A stretch of 64,000 bases of DNA from NCBI GenBank assembly GCA_963752595.1, contig CAVVYZ010000013.1, positions 32,001 through 96,000 of the forward strand, given 5' to 3'. The position numbers and the translations under genes were made by a program. This DNA is from an uncultured delta proteobacterium (GTDB lineage Bacteria > Desulfobacterota > Desulfomonilia > UBA1062). The notes under the pieces were generated by a model. It saw nothing but the letters and a program-made list of their open reading frames with translations, was not told the DNA's origin and did no database searches. Shown piece after piece: positions 31,328-41,321 of this stretch; the first letter of the stretch is position 1; every line of letters begins with the position of its first letter.

Positions 31328-32248
31328 ATGAATATCATCGTTTCCGGATCGCTGGCCTATGACAGGATTATGGATTTTCCGGGGTATTTTTCGGATCACA
31401 TACTCCCGGACAAGATACATGTCCTGAATGTCTGCTTCCAGGTAGACGGCATGAAAGAGAAATTCGGCGGAACGGCAGGCAACATCGCCTACGCGCTGAC
31501 TCTCATGGGGGAAAAGCCCGTCATTTCTGCTACCATCGGTCAGGATTGCCACCGGTATCTCGACTGGCTGACCAAAATCGGGATCTCTGCCGAGGGTATC
31601 AGGATCATTGAAGACGATTTTACGGCAAGCGCCTATATCACCACTGACCGCGCCGACAACCAGATCACCGGATTCAACCCCGGCGCCATGAAGTACTCTT
31701 CCGAACTTGACCTCGACAAGCTCGATGCGGAAAAGACCATTCTCATCATTTCTCCGGGCAATCTCGGTGACATGGTGAGCTATCCGGGCATCTGCAAGGC
31801 AAGGGGGATCGGGTATATCTTCGATCCTGGCCAGTCGCTGCCCATGCTGGAGGCAAAAGATCTGGTCCGGGCCATAGAAGGGTGCAGGATCCTGATCTCG
31901 AACGACTATGAGCTGGACCTCATCATGAGCAAGACAGGACTAAGCAGGAAGGATCTGGTGCAGAAGGCAGGCGCTATCATCACCACCCTGGGCGAGCTGG
32001 GGTCCCTGGTCGCCACGCGAGACGGGGAAGTAAGGATTCCCATCGGCAAGGCCAAGCAGGTACTGGACCCGACAGGTGCCGGCGACTCGTACCGGGGCGG
32101 CCTTATCTGCGGCCTCGTACAGGGCAAGACCATTGAACAGGCAGCCATGATGGGCAGCGTGTGCGCTTCATTCTCGGTAGAGTGCTACGGGACCCAGTCC
32201 TACAGCTTCTGCACCGAGGAGTTCAACGAAAGGCTCGTCTGTTTTTAG
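31328..32248 (+). CDS. PfkB-family nucleoside/carbohydrate kinase (adenosine kinase-like)
   Basis: SGSLAYDRIM, FGGTAGNIAY, FDPGQ, DPTGAGDSYRGG. Confidence 0.92.
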   Translation: MNIIVSGSLAYDRIMDFPGYFSDHILPDKIHVLNVCFQVDGMKEKFGGTAGNIAYALTLMGEKPVISATIGQDCHRYLDWLTKIGISAEGIRIIEDDFTASAYITTDRADNQITGFNPGAMKYSSELDLDKLDAEKTILIISPGNLGDMVSYPGICKARGIGYIFDPGQSLPMLEAKDLVRAIEGCRILISNDYELDLIMSKTGLSRKDLVQKAGAIITTLGELGSLVATRDGEVRIPIGKAKQVLDPTGAGDSYRGGLICGLVQGKTIEQAAMMGSVCASFSVECYGTQSYSFCTEEFNERLVCF

Positions 32249-32271
32249 CTGACCCGTGCATGTAACAAAGG

Positions 32272-34461
32272 CTACGATGCAGCATTGATCCCGGATATCC
32301 GGGTTTTTGCTTCCTCGCTCAGGAAAGCCCAGAGGCCGAGCCCTTTGAGGGTCTCAACGGTCGGTATCCCGGAAGCTGTCCAGCCTCTCTCCCGGTAATA
32401 CTCACTGACCAGCTCCTTGAGTTGGTCTTTCCGGTACTTCATCAGGGCTTCCCTCTTTTCGGCCGTTGCCATGGTCCGTACTTCGGCCGGAGCCTTGCCG
32501 AGGATTTTGGCAGCTTCCCGATCGTTATAATCTTGTTCTGCCTCGTATAGGCTGTCATCGATCGGCCCGATGGCCCGGTCGGGGATCCAGTCGTATTTTC
32601 CGGTATCAGTACCGAATGCCATGGCATTCATGACCCGCTGCAGATTGATATCGCGGTCCGTCCGGGCGAAGATTTCCTGCCAGGTCATATCCGTTCCCAG
32701 CATCCCGTTATAGAAATCCGCATAAATCTCCTGGGAGGCAGGGTTAATATAGATGTCGGTATTCTGCATCTTCTCTGAGTCCGGATTGAAGACATCCACC
32801 CAGGGAAGCTTGCATAAACCCAGATTGTCGTTCCCGAGCCGCACCCTGGGATAGGTGATCAGTGCCCTGGCCTTGTCCTGAAAGGTCGGGAAGGCGCCGA
32901 GCAGGTCGACCTTGATGAGCCATGCTGCGGCGTGGTGTGCTCCGATATCGCTGGCAGCAGCATAGGAGCCCTGCATGGACAATGACCGGTGCGTCCGGTA
33001 CAGCGAGAAGGGAAGGCCTTTGCTCTGCATGGCAAATCGTTCGAGCTCTTTTTTCGGCGAACTCTTGCCGGTGCGTTTTATATAGGTGTCGCAGACCCAG
33101 TCGATGAGAGCCAGCATGCCTTTCCCTGCAACACGTGCCGCTTCCGTCTCCCGGCGGACGATTCTATGGAGGAACTCGAGCGCCGCTTCCTCATTCCCCC
33201 AGCACAACTCGATGCCGCCCATGTCTTCCCCGGTCAGATACCCCCTCTGTGAGCACTCCATCAGGAAAGCCATGATGACTGCCGCTGTAATCGTATCTAT
33301 CCCATACTCATCGCAGTACCAGTTGGCCTCCATGATGAACTTAGGATTCCACATACCCAGGTTGGAGCCGAACCCTGCAGCGGTTTCATATTCCGGCCCG
33401 TCCACCCACACCTTCCGGCCCTTCTTGTCGCCGGACGTGAGCGTTACCCAGCCGCCCTTGGTGCACTGGAGGTTGCATCCCGGGAAACACCCGTCATTGC
33501 CGCGATGGTCGAACAGATGCTCTTCATAATACTTACCGCAGATATTCCCGGCTTGCGGGTCTGTGCCCAGTTGGTAATTCTTGACCGGCAGGGACTGGTA
33601 GTCTTCCTTGTTCATGAAGGCGATCAAACCGGCTGAGCCTTTGCGGGACATTCTCAAGGAATTCGGGTCCACTTCCCTGACGACCTTATGGAGCCTTGCG
33701 CCCGAGTTCTTGACTTTTTCCCAGTCGTGCGCGCCGTAAGGATTTTCGCCGTGCGGATAGGAGGCAAGGACGACCACGGCCCTGATCCTTTTGTGCATCA
33801 TGACCGTGCCCAGGCCTGTCCTTCCTGCCTGTTTGGTCCTGAAGAGGCCTTTATTGCCGTTTACCGGCTTGGTCGGATCGAAGTAATGGCTGTTGATGCA
33901 CCCATAGGTGGTATTGGCTGCGCCGATTCCTGTCGTGACAAAAACGATGTCTCTCTTTTCATGCCCTTTTTCGCTGAATTGCTCGACGATCACCTGCTCG
34001 AGGTCGAATACGCGGTCTATGGCAGGAGCATCTACGATGGATACCTGCTGTTTGAAGCCGTCGATGACGATCATGATGTCTTTATCCGAAGCCCCTGTCA
34101 TCTCAAGGGCATCGAAGCCGGCATACTTGAGATATGCCCCGAAATGTCCACCGAAATTCGATACTCCGGGAATGCCGGTAAGCGGAGAAAGGGAAATGGC
34201 CATGCATTTGCTCGTTCCGGGGAACTGGGGAATGCCGCCCAGCGGACCCGGCGCGAGGATAAGGGGATTCCCGGGATCATAAGCAGTCATCCCAGGGGTT
34301 ATTCTCCTGTGGAGCAGATAGAGCCCCAGCCCCCTGCCACCGATGAAATAGTCCCTGGCTTCAGGATCGAGACCGGGCACGGCAATGTCACCGGTTCCCA
34401 GATCCACGGTGAGAATTTGATTGGCATATCCTCGTTTGAGATGTGGTTTCGAATAGTTCAT
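32272..34461 (-). CDS. Aldehyde:ferredoxin oxidoreductase (AOR) family W/Mo-pterin enzyme
   Basis: IGGRGLG, SPLTG, LKYAGFDAL, AGRTGLGTVM, CFPGCNLQC, GPEYET, CDEYGID, LGLC, YYRERGW...GIPT. Confidence 0.93.
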   Translation of the reverse strand: MNYSKPHLKRGYANQILTVDLGTGDIAVPGLDPEARDYFIGGRGLGLYLLHRRITPGMTAYDPGNPLILAPGPLGGIPQFPGTSKCMAISLSPLTGIPGVSNFGGHFGAYLKYAGFDALEMTGASDKDIMIVIDGFKQQVSIVDAPAIDRVFDLEQVIVEQFSEKGHEKRDIVFVTTGIGAANTTYGCINSHYFDPTKPVNGNKGLFRTKQAGRTGLGTVMMHKRIRAVVVLASYPHGENPYGAHDWEKVKNSGARLHKVVREVDPNSLRMSRKGSAGLIAFMNKEDYQSLPVKNYQLGTDPQAGNICGKYYEEHLFDHRGNDGCFPGCNLQCTKGGWVTLTSGDKKGRKVWVDGPEYETAAGFGSNLGMWNPKFIMEANWYCDEYGIDTITAAVIMAFLMECSQRGYLTGEDMGGIELCWGNEEAALEFLHRIVRRETEAARVAGKGMLALIDWVCDTYIKRTGKSSPKKELERFAMQSKGLPFSLYRTHRSLSMQGSYAAASDIGAHHAAAWLIKVDLLGAFPTFQDKARALITYPRVRLGNDNLGLCKLPWVDVFNPDSEKMQNTDIYINPASQEIYADFYNGMLGTDMTWQEIFARTDRDINLQRVMNAMAFGTDTGKYDWIPDRAIGPIDDSLYEAEQDYNDREAAKILGKAPAEVRTMATAEKREALMKYRKDQLKELVSEYYRERGWTASGIPTVETLKGLGLWAFLSEEAKTRISGINAAS

Positions 34462-34711
34462 ATCCCAATTCCTTTCTTGAGAAGCCGCCTTTTTTCTTAC
34501 GGGTAGCATTGATTGCCTCGTAATTACCGGCAGTTTTACAAAGGACGTAACATAGGATAAACAGGCTTTCCTGTCAATGCGTTATCTTCCACGCAGCAGG
34601 TCTGTACCTCATGTATCGGTTATTCCCGAGCGGATTTACTCGATTTCCTCCTTGCCGGCCGGATCATAAAAACGATATAGTGTTACGGAAGAAACGGCGA
34701 AAGAATATTGT

Positions 34712-34927
34712 ATGGGGCATTTTAAAATCGATTTTCTTTATCTCGTCATTACGGCTTTTGTCTCCCTCTTCATGACGATAGCCATCGTCTACATGATGGA
34801 TTTCATCCGGCCCGGATTGATTGCATCAAAGGGCGGAACCAGCGTTTTCATCTACATCGGCGTTTTTACTGCAAACCTCATCATAGAGGCCTGCCGCCAA
34901 CGTGTCGAGAAAAATCGAAGGATGTAG
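34712..34927 (+). CDS. Small hypothetical membrane protein (2 TM)
   Basis: 71-aa ORF with two hydrophobic segments and a basic tail. Confidence 0.6.
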   Translation: MGHFKIDFLYLVITAFVSLFMTIAIVYMMDFIRPGLIASKGGTSVFIYIGVFTANLIIEACRQRVEKNRRM

Positions 34928-35152
34928 CAAAGATCCTTTATCTCCGCTTCCGGAGTAGTGCATTTCCCTAAAAACCATCCTGTTCCCATCGCAAACCCTG
35001 TCAGCCCTCCTTCGATATATGTATTTTCGACTAAGCTCAGGAACATAAAAAGAATCAGGGTCATAAGCATATGGAGTCTTCTTGAGAATGGCACCGTCAG
35101 GGTTAGAATGGAGATACTATATAGTGATGATCCGCAAAGGGAGGATAATCCT

Positions 35153-35824
35153 ATGGCACGAACTGAAAAAAGGAGATCTGAAGAGATCCGGGCCGATGTA
35201 TCTTCCCAGCTTTTCTGGGATAACAGAATAGACGAATCGAATATCAATGTCGATGTTTCCGACGGCAGAGTCATACTGACCGGAACGGTGCCCACCTATT
35301 CCGGCCGGTGGCAGGCCGAGGACGATGCATATTTGATCTCCGGGGTCAGGTATGTGGACAACCGCCTCCAGGTAAGCCCAACCACTTTCCCGGTCCCGGG
35401 CGATACGGAACTCGCTTCGAATATCCGGAACATTCTTGAGTGGAATCCGACCCTGGATTCTTCACGGATCAAGGTTTTAGCACATGAAGGTATAGTAACG
35501 TTAACCGGATCGGTCGATTCTTATTGGCAAAAATCCAGGGTAGAATACCTTGTCTCTAATGTGGGCGGGGTGATCGATGTACAGAATCTCCTGCAGGTAG
35601 AAACTGCAGTCGGGATTTCGGACCAGGACATAAAGAGAGATATCGAGAGCACGCTTGCCAGGAATACCTTGATCGATTCCACCAGGATAAAAGTTCAGGT
35701 TAACGACGGCGTAGTGACTTTGTCCGGTACGGTAGACGACTATCTTACCTGCCGTACTGCACAAGACATAGCCAAATACACAAGCGGGGTCATCGATGTA
35801 CTCAATGATCAGGTCATTGCCTGA
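35153..35824 (+). CDS. Triple BON-domain protein
   Basis: Three repeats of D..I...I.V.V.DG.V.L.G.V...GV..V.N.L. Start MARTEK follows a GGAGG RBS, and there is no signal peptide. Confidence 0.92.
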   Translation: MARTEKRRSEEIRADVSSQLFWDNRIDESNINVDVSDGRVILTGTVPTYSGRWQAEDDAYLISGVRYVDNRLQVSPTTFPVPGDTELASNIRNILEWNPTLDSSRIKVLAHEGIVTLTGSVDSYWQKSRVEYLVSNVGGVIDVQNLLQVETAVGISDQDIKRDIESTLARNTLIDSTRIKVQVNDGVVTLSGTVDDYLTCRTAQDIAKYTSGVIDVLNDQVIA

Positions 35825-35896
35825 GGCAAAAGCTTTGATCAGCAATACCGGAGAACCGGCTTTCGGCCGGTTTACGGGCCACAGGGGAGAGTAAAC

Positions 35897-36673
35897 ATGG
35901 AGTGTGTGGTAAGCCTTGAAGGAAAGAAAGGGTTGATCTTCGGGATAGCCAATGAGCACAGCATTGCCTATGGCGTGGCAAAGGTCTGCCGTGAAGCGGG
36001 TGCAGAGCTTGGGGTCACCTATCTGAACGAGAAAGCCGAGCCCTATGTGCGGCCGTTGGCCGAGGAGATCAAAAGCTCCTTCGTCATGCAGTGCGATGTC
36101 CAGAAGCCGGGGCAGCTCGAGGGAGTGTTCGAGCAGGCGCAAAAGAAATGGGGGAGATTGGATTTTCTATTGCATGCCTTGGCGTATGCGCCTCTGAAAG
36201 ATCTCCGCGGCCGGTTGGTCGACTGCTCGTTGGAAGGATGGAACATAGCGATGGACATTTCAGTCCATTCCTTTATCCGCATGGCCAGGCTTTCCGAGCG
36301 TCTCATGCCGGATGGGGGGTGTCTTCTTACCTTGAGCTATCTCGGCGGCGAGAGGGTGATCAGGGGGTACAAGATGATGGGCCCGGTAAAGGCTGCCCTT
36401 CAGCAGGCAACTGAATACCTGGCAGCAGAATTAGGTGCAAAGCACATCCGGGTGCATACGATTTCACCTGGCCCAATCATGACGCGTGCCGCATCAGGAC
36501 TGGCCGAGTTCGAAAGCCTTCTGCACGAGGTGTATGACAAGGCCCCGGAGCATGAGCCCGTAACCATAGAGGACGTCGGTTTCCTGGCCGCATACCTGGC
36601 GAGCGACCGGGCGATATCGATGACGGGCAACCTCATCTATCTGGATTCAGGATATAACATCATGGGTGATTAG
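35897..36673 (+). CDS. fabI: Enoyl-ACP reductase FabI
   Basis: GIANEHSIAYG, catalytic Y..MGPVKAAL, ISPGPIMTRAASG. Confidence 0.92.
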   Translation: MECVVSLEGKKGLIFGIANEHSIAYGVAKVCREAGAELGVTYLNEKAEPYVRPLAEEIKSSFVMQCDVQKPGQLEGVFEQAQKKWGRLDFLLHALAYAPLKDLRGRLVDCSLEGWNIAMDISVHSFIRMARLSERLMPDGGCLLTLSYLGGERVIRGYKMMGPVKAALQQATEYLAAELGAKHIRVHTISPGPIMTRAASGLAEFESLLHEVYDKAPEHEPVTIEDVGFLAAYLASDRAISMTGNLIYLDSGYNIMGD

Positions 36674-36866
36674 CCGTTCGTTTTCCCGTCGCATCATCCT
36701 TTCCAAATATCGAAACCATGAATATTTCCATTCTTTTATTCCCATAAGGCCTCAGCGGTATGAGAAGGGATAGGCTTGGGATTTTCCAAGTAAAAACCCC
36801 CAGAGGCCGACTTCAAGATCTCTTCATCCCTTTCCGATAGTAAAGAGAGTATAATCCTGAGGAGGT

Positions 36867-37955
36867 ATGAAGATGCAGAGATTATCTGGGATTTCCCTTA
36901 TTGTTTTCTTGTCTGTCTGCTGGGGAATTACGGCCCATGCCGAAACGGCATTTGAAATATCGCCCGGTGCCGGTTATCTGATGGGAGACTCCACATACGC
37001 CATCGGTGACGTGCCTGCTGACCAGGATCCCTGGGGAAGGGACCCGTACTTCCCTATCAGTAAACTGAAGTTTCCCTTGGGCGTTTATCTCGCTACGCTC
37101 GATGCAAAGCTGACGGTCGGCAAGCTGGAGATCTCCGGGGGGATGAAGCGCAATATAGATGACAGAGCCGGTCACATGAGAGACTATGACTGGGGCATCC
37201 CGTTCTGGGATGATGACGGTGAGCATGGCCCCGGATGGTATGTCAATGTGTGGGATAACGGTACGAACCAGTGGTACATGCTGGATATCGAATCCAGCAG
37301 CAAAAGCGAGATCGATGTCACGATCTGGAATGCTGAGGTCTCCTATCCGATATTCACGCACCGGTACGATTACCGGTACCGGGAGCTGTTGGACAGGAAG
37401 TTCCATTACTATAAGGGAGAGTTGTCCGGATACGTGGGCATCGGGTATGAAAAGCGGGCCTTTGATTACGAGTGCAGATTGATCAGGCAGTGGTCTCCTT
37501 CGGGAATCCCTGGTGCAGACTACATCGGCGACGGTTCGGTCGGCATAACCTATAAGGTCGGCTATTCCATCCCCTATATCGAACTGGCATTGGCAAATCG
37601 CGGGGAAAAGCTCGACTTCGAAATGGGCATCGGCTATTCGCCCTTTGTCCGCGCCAAGGATGAGGATGTTCACCTGCTGAGAGTTCCCGGTCCCATCTAT
37701 GCCGAAGGGGATTGCGATGGACAGGCCTACAAGTTAACCGCAGGCATCCGGTATAATTTCACCCCCCACTGGTTTATGAAAGGCGTCTTCGATTATCTTT
37801 ATATCAGGGCCTTCGGGGAGCAGGATAACAACCTTTATGCCGGAACCTCGAACGGACACCCATGGAATAGTGAATCCTGGACCACGGATGAAAGGATTAC
37901 CAGCAAAGAGTCTTTCTTTGCGGTCAATGTAGGGTACCGCTTCACCCTGCCGTAA
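36867..37955 (+). CDS. Omptin-family outer-membrane protease
   Basis: Signal peptide, ISKLKF, MRDYDW (DxD), DEDVH (DxH), C-terminal VGYRF beta-signal. Confidence 0.82.
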   Translation: MKMQRLSGISLIVFLSVCWGITAHAETAFEISPGAGYLMGDSTYAIGDVPADQDPWGRDPYFPISKLKFPLGVYLATLDAKLTVGKLEISGGMKRNIDDRAGHMRDYDWGIPFWDDDGEHGPGWYVNVWDNGTNQWYMLDIESSSKSEIDVTIWNAEVSYPIFTHRYDYRYRELLDRKFHYYKGELSGYVGIGYEKRAFDYECRLIRQWSPSGIPGADYIGDGSVGITYKVGYSIPYIELALANRGEKLDFEMGIGYSPFVRAKDEDVHLLRVPGPIYAEGDCDGQAYKLTAGIRYNFTPHWFMKGVFDYLYIRAFGEQDNNLYAGTSNGHPWNSESWTTDERITSKESFFAVNVGYRFTLP

Positions 37956-38109
37956 GAAGGTCTGCAGAAAAGAAACGATTGTTCCGGCCCGGAAGAGTTC
38001 CGGAGAAGCGGAAACACCAGGAGTGAGCCTGCAGCAGTGAAGAGAAAGTCTCTTCACATTGAAGAATGCCCAAGGTCTTTTTACGAGAAGCTGATTTATC
38101 CAGGTTTCT

Positions 38110-38869
38110 CTACAGCACCTTCTGAAGGAAGGTCTTTATCCTTGGGTGTTCCATGCGGTCCGAGAACAGGTCTTCGGGATGGCCTTCGAAGATGAATTTG
38201 CCGTTGTCCATGAAGATGACCCGGTCGGCGATCTCCCGGGCAAAGCCCATCTGGTGGGTGACGATCACCATGGTGATGCCTTCTGCGGCCAGATTCTTGA
38301 TGGTGGTGAACACCTCGCCCACGAGCTCGGGGTCCAGCGCCGAGGTGGGCTCGTCGAAGAGCATGAGCCTGGGCCGCATGGCCAGGGCCCGGGCGATGGC
38401 CACCCGCTGCTTCTGGCCGCCGGAGAGGAATGCCGGGATAGACGTCCTTCTTGTCCAGGAGCCCGACCCTGCCCAGCAGGTCCAGGGCGACCTTGCGGGC
38501 CTCTTCGCGGGGCTCCTTCTTCACGGTGACGGGCCCTTCCATCACGTTCTGCAGCACGGTCATGTGCGGGAAGAGGTGGAAGTGCTGGAAGACCATGCCG
38601 ATCTCGGACCGGAGGGCGCAGATGATATCGGGCTTCTCCATGACGAGCCTGCCCTTCTTGTCCTTGCGGTATCCCACTTCCTTGCCGTCCATCAGGATGG
38701 CGCCCTCGTCCATCTTTTCGAGGAAGTTGATCATCCGGAGCAGCGTCGTCTTGCCCGAGCCCGACGGGCCGATGATGACGATCCGCTGCCCCTTCTCGAT
38801 ATCGAGGTCCACCTCGTCCACAGCCGTGAGGCTGCCGAAGCGCTTGACGACTCCCTGAAGCTCTATCAT
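38110..38869 (-). CDS. Polar amino-acid ABC ATPase (GlnQ-like, one frameshift near 38430)
   Basis: [48 protein letters not shown]. Confidence 0.92.
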
Positions 38870-39890
38870 CGGTTTTCGTAGACCCCCAGCCTGTCTTCGA
38901 GCTTCCGGAAGGAAACGGTGAAGATGCTCGTGAGAACCAGATAGATGATGGCGGCCTGGACGAGGATGTAGACGTTGAACGTGGCGCTGAAGATCTGGTT
39001 TGCGGCCCGCATGAGCTCCACCATGGCGATGGTGGAGACCAGGGCGGTGTCCTTGATGAGGGCGATGAACTCGTTGCCCACGGGCGGCACCAGCCGCTTG
39101 TATGTCTGGGGCACGATGATCCTCCGCATGGCCTGCCAGTAGGTCATGCCGATGGCCTTGGCCGCCTCCATCTGCCCGGCATCGATGCTCTCGATGGCGC
39201 CCGCGCATGATCTCGGCCAGGTAGGCGGAGTAATTCAGGCCCAGCCCGAGTACCGCCGCAGTGAACGGCTCCAGGGTGATGCCCAGCGAGGGCAGCCCGT
39301 AGTAGATGAAGAAGAGCTGGAGCAGCAGCGGCGTGCCCCGGAATATCCAGATGAAGAACCAGAAGAAGGACGAGACCGCCTTGTGGCGGCTGATCCTGCC
39401 CAGTGCGATGAAGAGTCCGCCGATGGGCGATATCGACCATGGTGATGAAGACCAGGAAAAGCGTCATGGAAGTGGCCTTCACCAGGGTGGGCAGGTAAGT
39501 TTTCATATCCTTGAGGAATTGGATCCATTCGGGTGTCTGGGCAGCCTGTATCTGGCGTAGGAGGTTCTTGGCCTCGAGGTTATCGGGCAGTATGCCAGGA
39601 TCTCATTGCACATGCCGGTGCTTGCGCTTGATAATCCTTCTTGCTGAAAAGGATCTTCGCAGCTTCCATCCGGGAGCGTACGAACACCCCGGCATCTTCC
39701 CCGTGAGCACGGTGGGGCACCTGTCCTGAACACCTTCGACGGCCCCATCCAGCTTGCCGTCCTGGACGAGCCTCGTGCCCTGGGCCAAAAGCTCGTACTG
39801 ATCGGGCTTGCCGGCTGTGTCGGCCCTGGGAAGCCCGGCAGGGAAAAGGATGCGAACAGGAGGCTCAGCGCGCTTGTCAGCACGCCGAGC
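38866..39890 (-). CDS. Polar amino-acid ABC permease with an N-terminal TPR-like extracytoplasmic extension (multiple frameshifts; start approximate)
   Basis: IFRGTPLLLQL, the EAA motif (MEAAKAIGM) and NEFIALIKDT. The upstream PDNLEAKNLLRQIQAAQTPEWIQFLKD is in frame with MKTYLPTL. Confidence 0.75.
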
Positions 39891-39909
39891 CCGATATGAG
39901 CCTTGACTT

Positions 39910-40708
39910 CTACTTCCAGGACGTGATGTCATCCCCAAACCACTTGATGGAAATCTTCTTCATGGTGCCGTCTTTGAACATGCCGTCGAGCGTCTTCTGG
40001 ATCTTGTTTTTCAGTGAAACATCTTCCTTCCTGAGGCCGATTCCGATGGGCTCGGAGAGGAGCGATTCGGACAGGACCGTGTACTCGCCCAGGCTTCTGC
40101 GAAAGGTAGTAGCGGCCCACGAGCTCATCGACTGCCAGCGCGTCGATTCTGCCGATCTTGAGATCCAGGAAGGCATCCGTGTTCTTGTCGTACTTTTTGA
40201 TCTCCTTGAATTTCTTGTTCAGCTTCGCGAGGGCCTCCTCGGATGTGGAGCCGAGCTGCACGCCTACGACGGTTTCAGCGCCGAGATCCTTCAGTCCCTT
40301 GATCTTCTTGTTTCCTGCCTTGACCACGATCACCTGCTTCTCCATGATGTACGGCTTGGTGAAAGCGATCTCTTTCTCGCGCTCTGGGGTAATGGACATG
40401 CCGGACCAGACAACGTCGAACTTCTTGGACTTCAGGGACAGGATCACGGTATCCCACACGGTGGGCATGTGTTCGACCTTGATGCCGAGCCTTTTGCCGA
40501 GCTCTCTGGAGGCATCGATGTCAAAGCCGACGAGTTCGTTCTTGTCATTGCGGAATTCCATGGGAGGAAAGGCATCGTCAATGCCGATCTTCAGCACTCC
40601 CGCCTTCTTGACCCTTTCCCATGAGCCGTCGCCTGCGGCGAATGCATTCGATGCAAACAGACATGCCAGGAAAATTGCCAACCCTGCGGTCAATACATAT
40701 TTTTTCAT
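39910..40708 (-). CDS. Amino-acid ABC substrate-binding protein (SBP_bac_3, frameshift near 40090)
   Basis: GIDDAFPPMEF, GFDID, SITPER, GVQLGST, then KKISIKWFG in another frame. Confidence 0.92.
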
Positions 40709-40976
40709 ACTATCTCCCCCTCATAATGGTTTTGAGAACACTCCTATTTAATCCTAAACAAGGTTAATTACAACTAACAAAGGCATGCTGCCATAAGCAT
40801 ACCCACTGGGTGAAATCCCTTGCCATTGCCGGGAGAGCCCGCGGTGTGGAGGAGAGATCCGATCGGTTATATTATTATGTTCAGGAACCCACCACCATGA
40901 GAGAGGATAGGTCTCTTTACATGTTCACGGGCATGAATCCGGTTCCGTTACTTCTATTTATAGGGAGGAAGAATTG

Positions 40977-41207
40977 ATGAGAGGAATTTCGATACCTGCT
41001 GCACGTCTCGGTGCTCTTGCGGTCGGTGCATTTGCGACAGGTGCCCTGGCTATCGGGGCGTTTGCCGTCGGTGCACTTGCAATAGGATTTCTTACCATTA
41101 ACAGATTCAATGCCCGTCAGATAAAAATCAGCTCTCTCGCTGTGGATGAGCTCACCATAGGGAAGCTCAATATCAGAGAACAGGCAGGCAATCAGGAAAT
41201 CGGGTAG
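40977..41207 (+). CDS. Small protein with five tandem GA[LF]A[VIT] pentapeptides
   Basis: GALAV GAFAT GALAI GAFAV GALAI G, with a GGAGG RBS. Confidence 0.75.
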   Translation: MRGISIPAARLGALAVGAFATGALAIGAFAVGALAIGFLTINRFNARQIKISSLAVDELTIGKLNIREQAGNQEIG

Positions 41208-41321
41208 GCTTACAGTATTGGACAAGTCATAGGCAGCATTCTTTAAGGGGCAGGGATTTCAACCAAAAACAGGAACATTGGAAGGAGGGGGTTACGATAC
41301 GCTGGAAAGGAGGTTTCTATC

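Noticed and set aside
32442-34506. Long antisense or overlapping ORFs (e.g. 33688-34506 +; likewise 39-665 +, 3983-4903 +, 43728-44747 +, 49226-50119 -)
   Set aside because: These are shadow frames of well-supported genes in GC-rich coding DNA and have no recognisable motifs.
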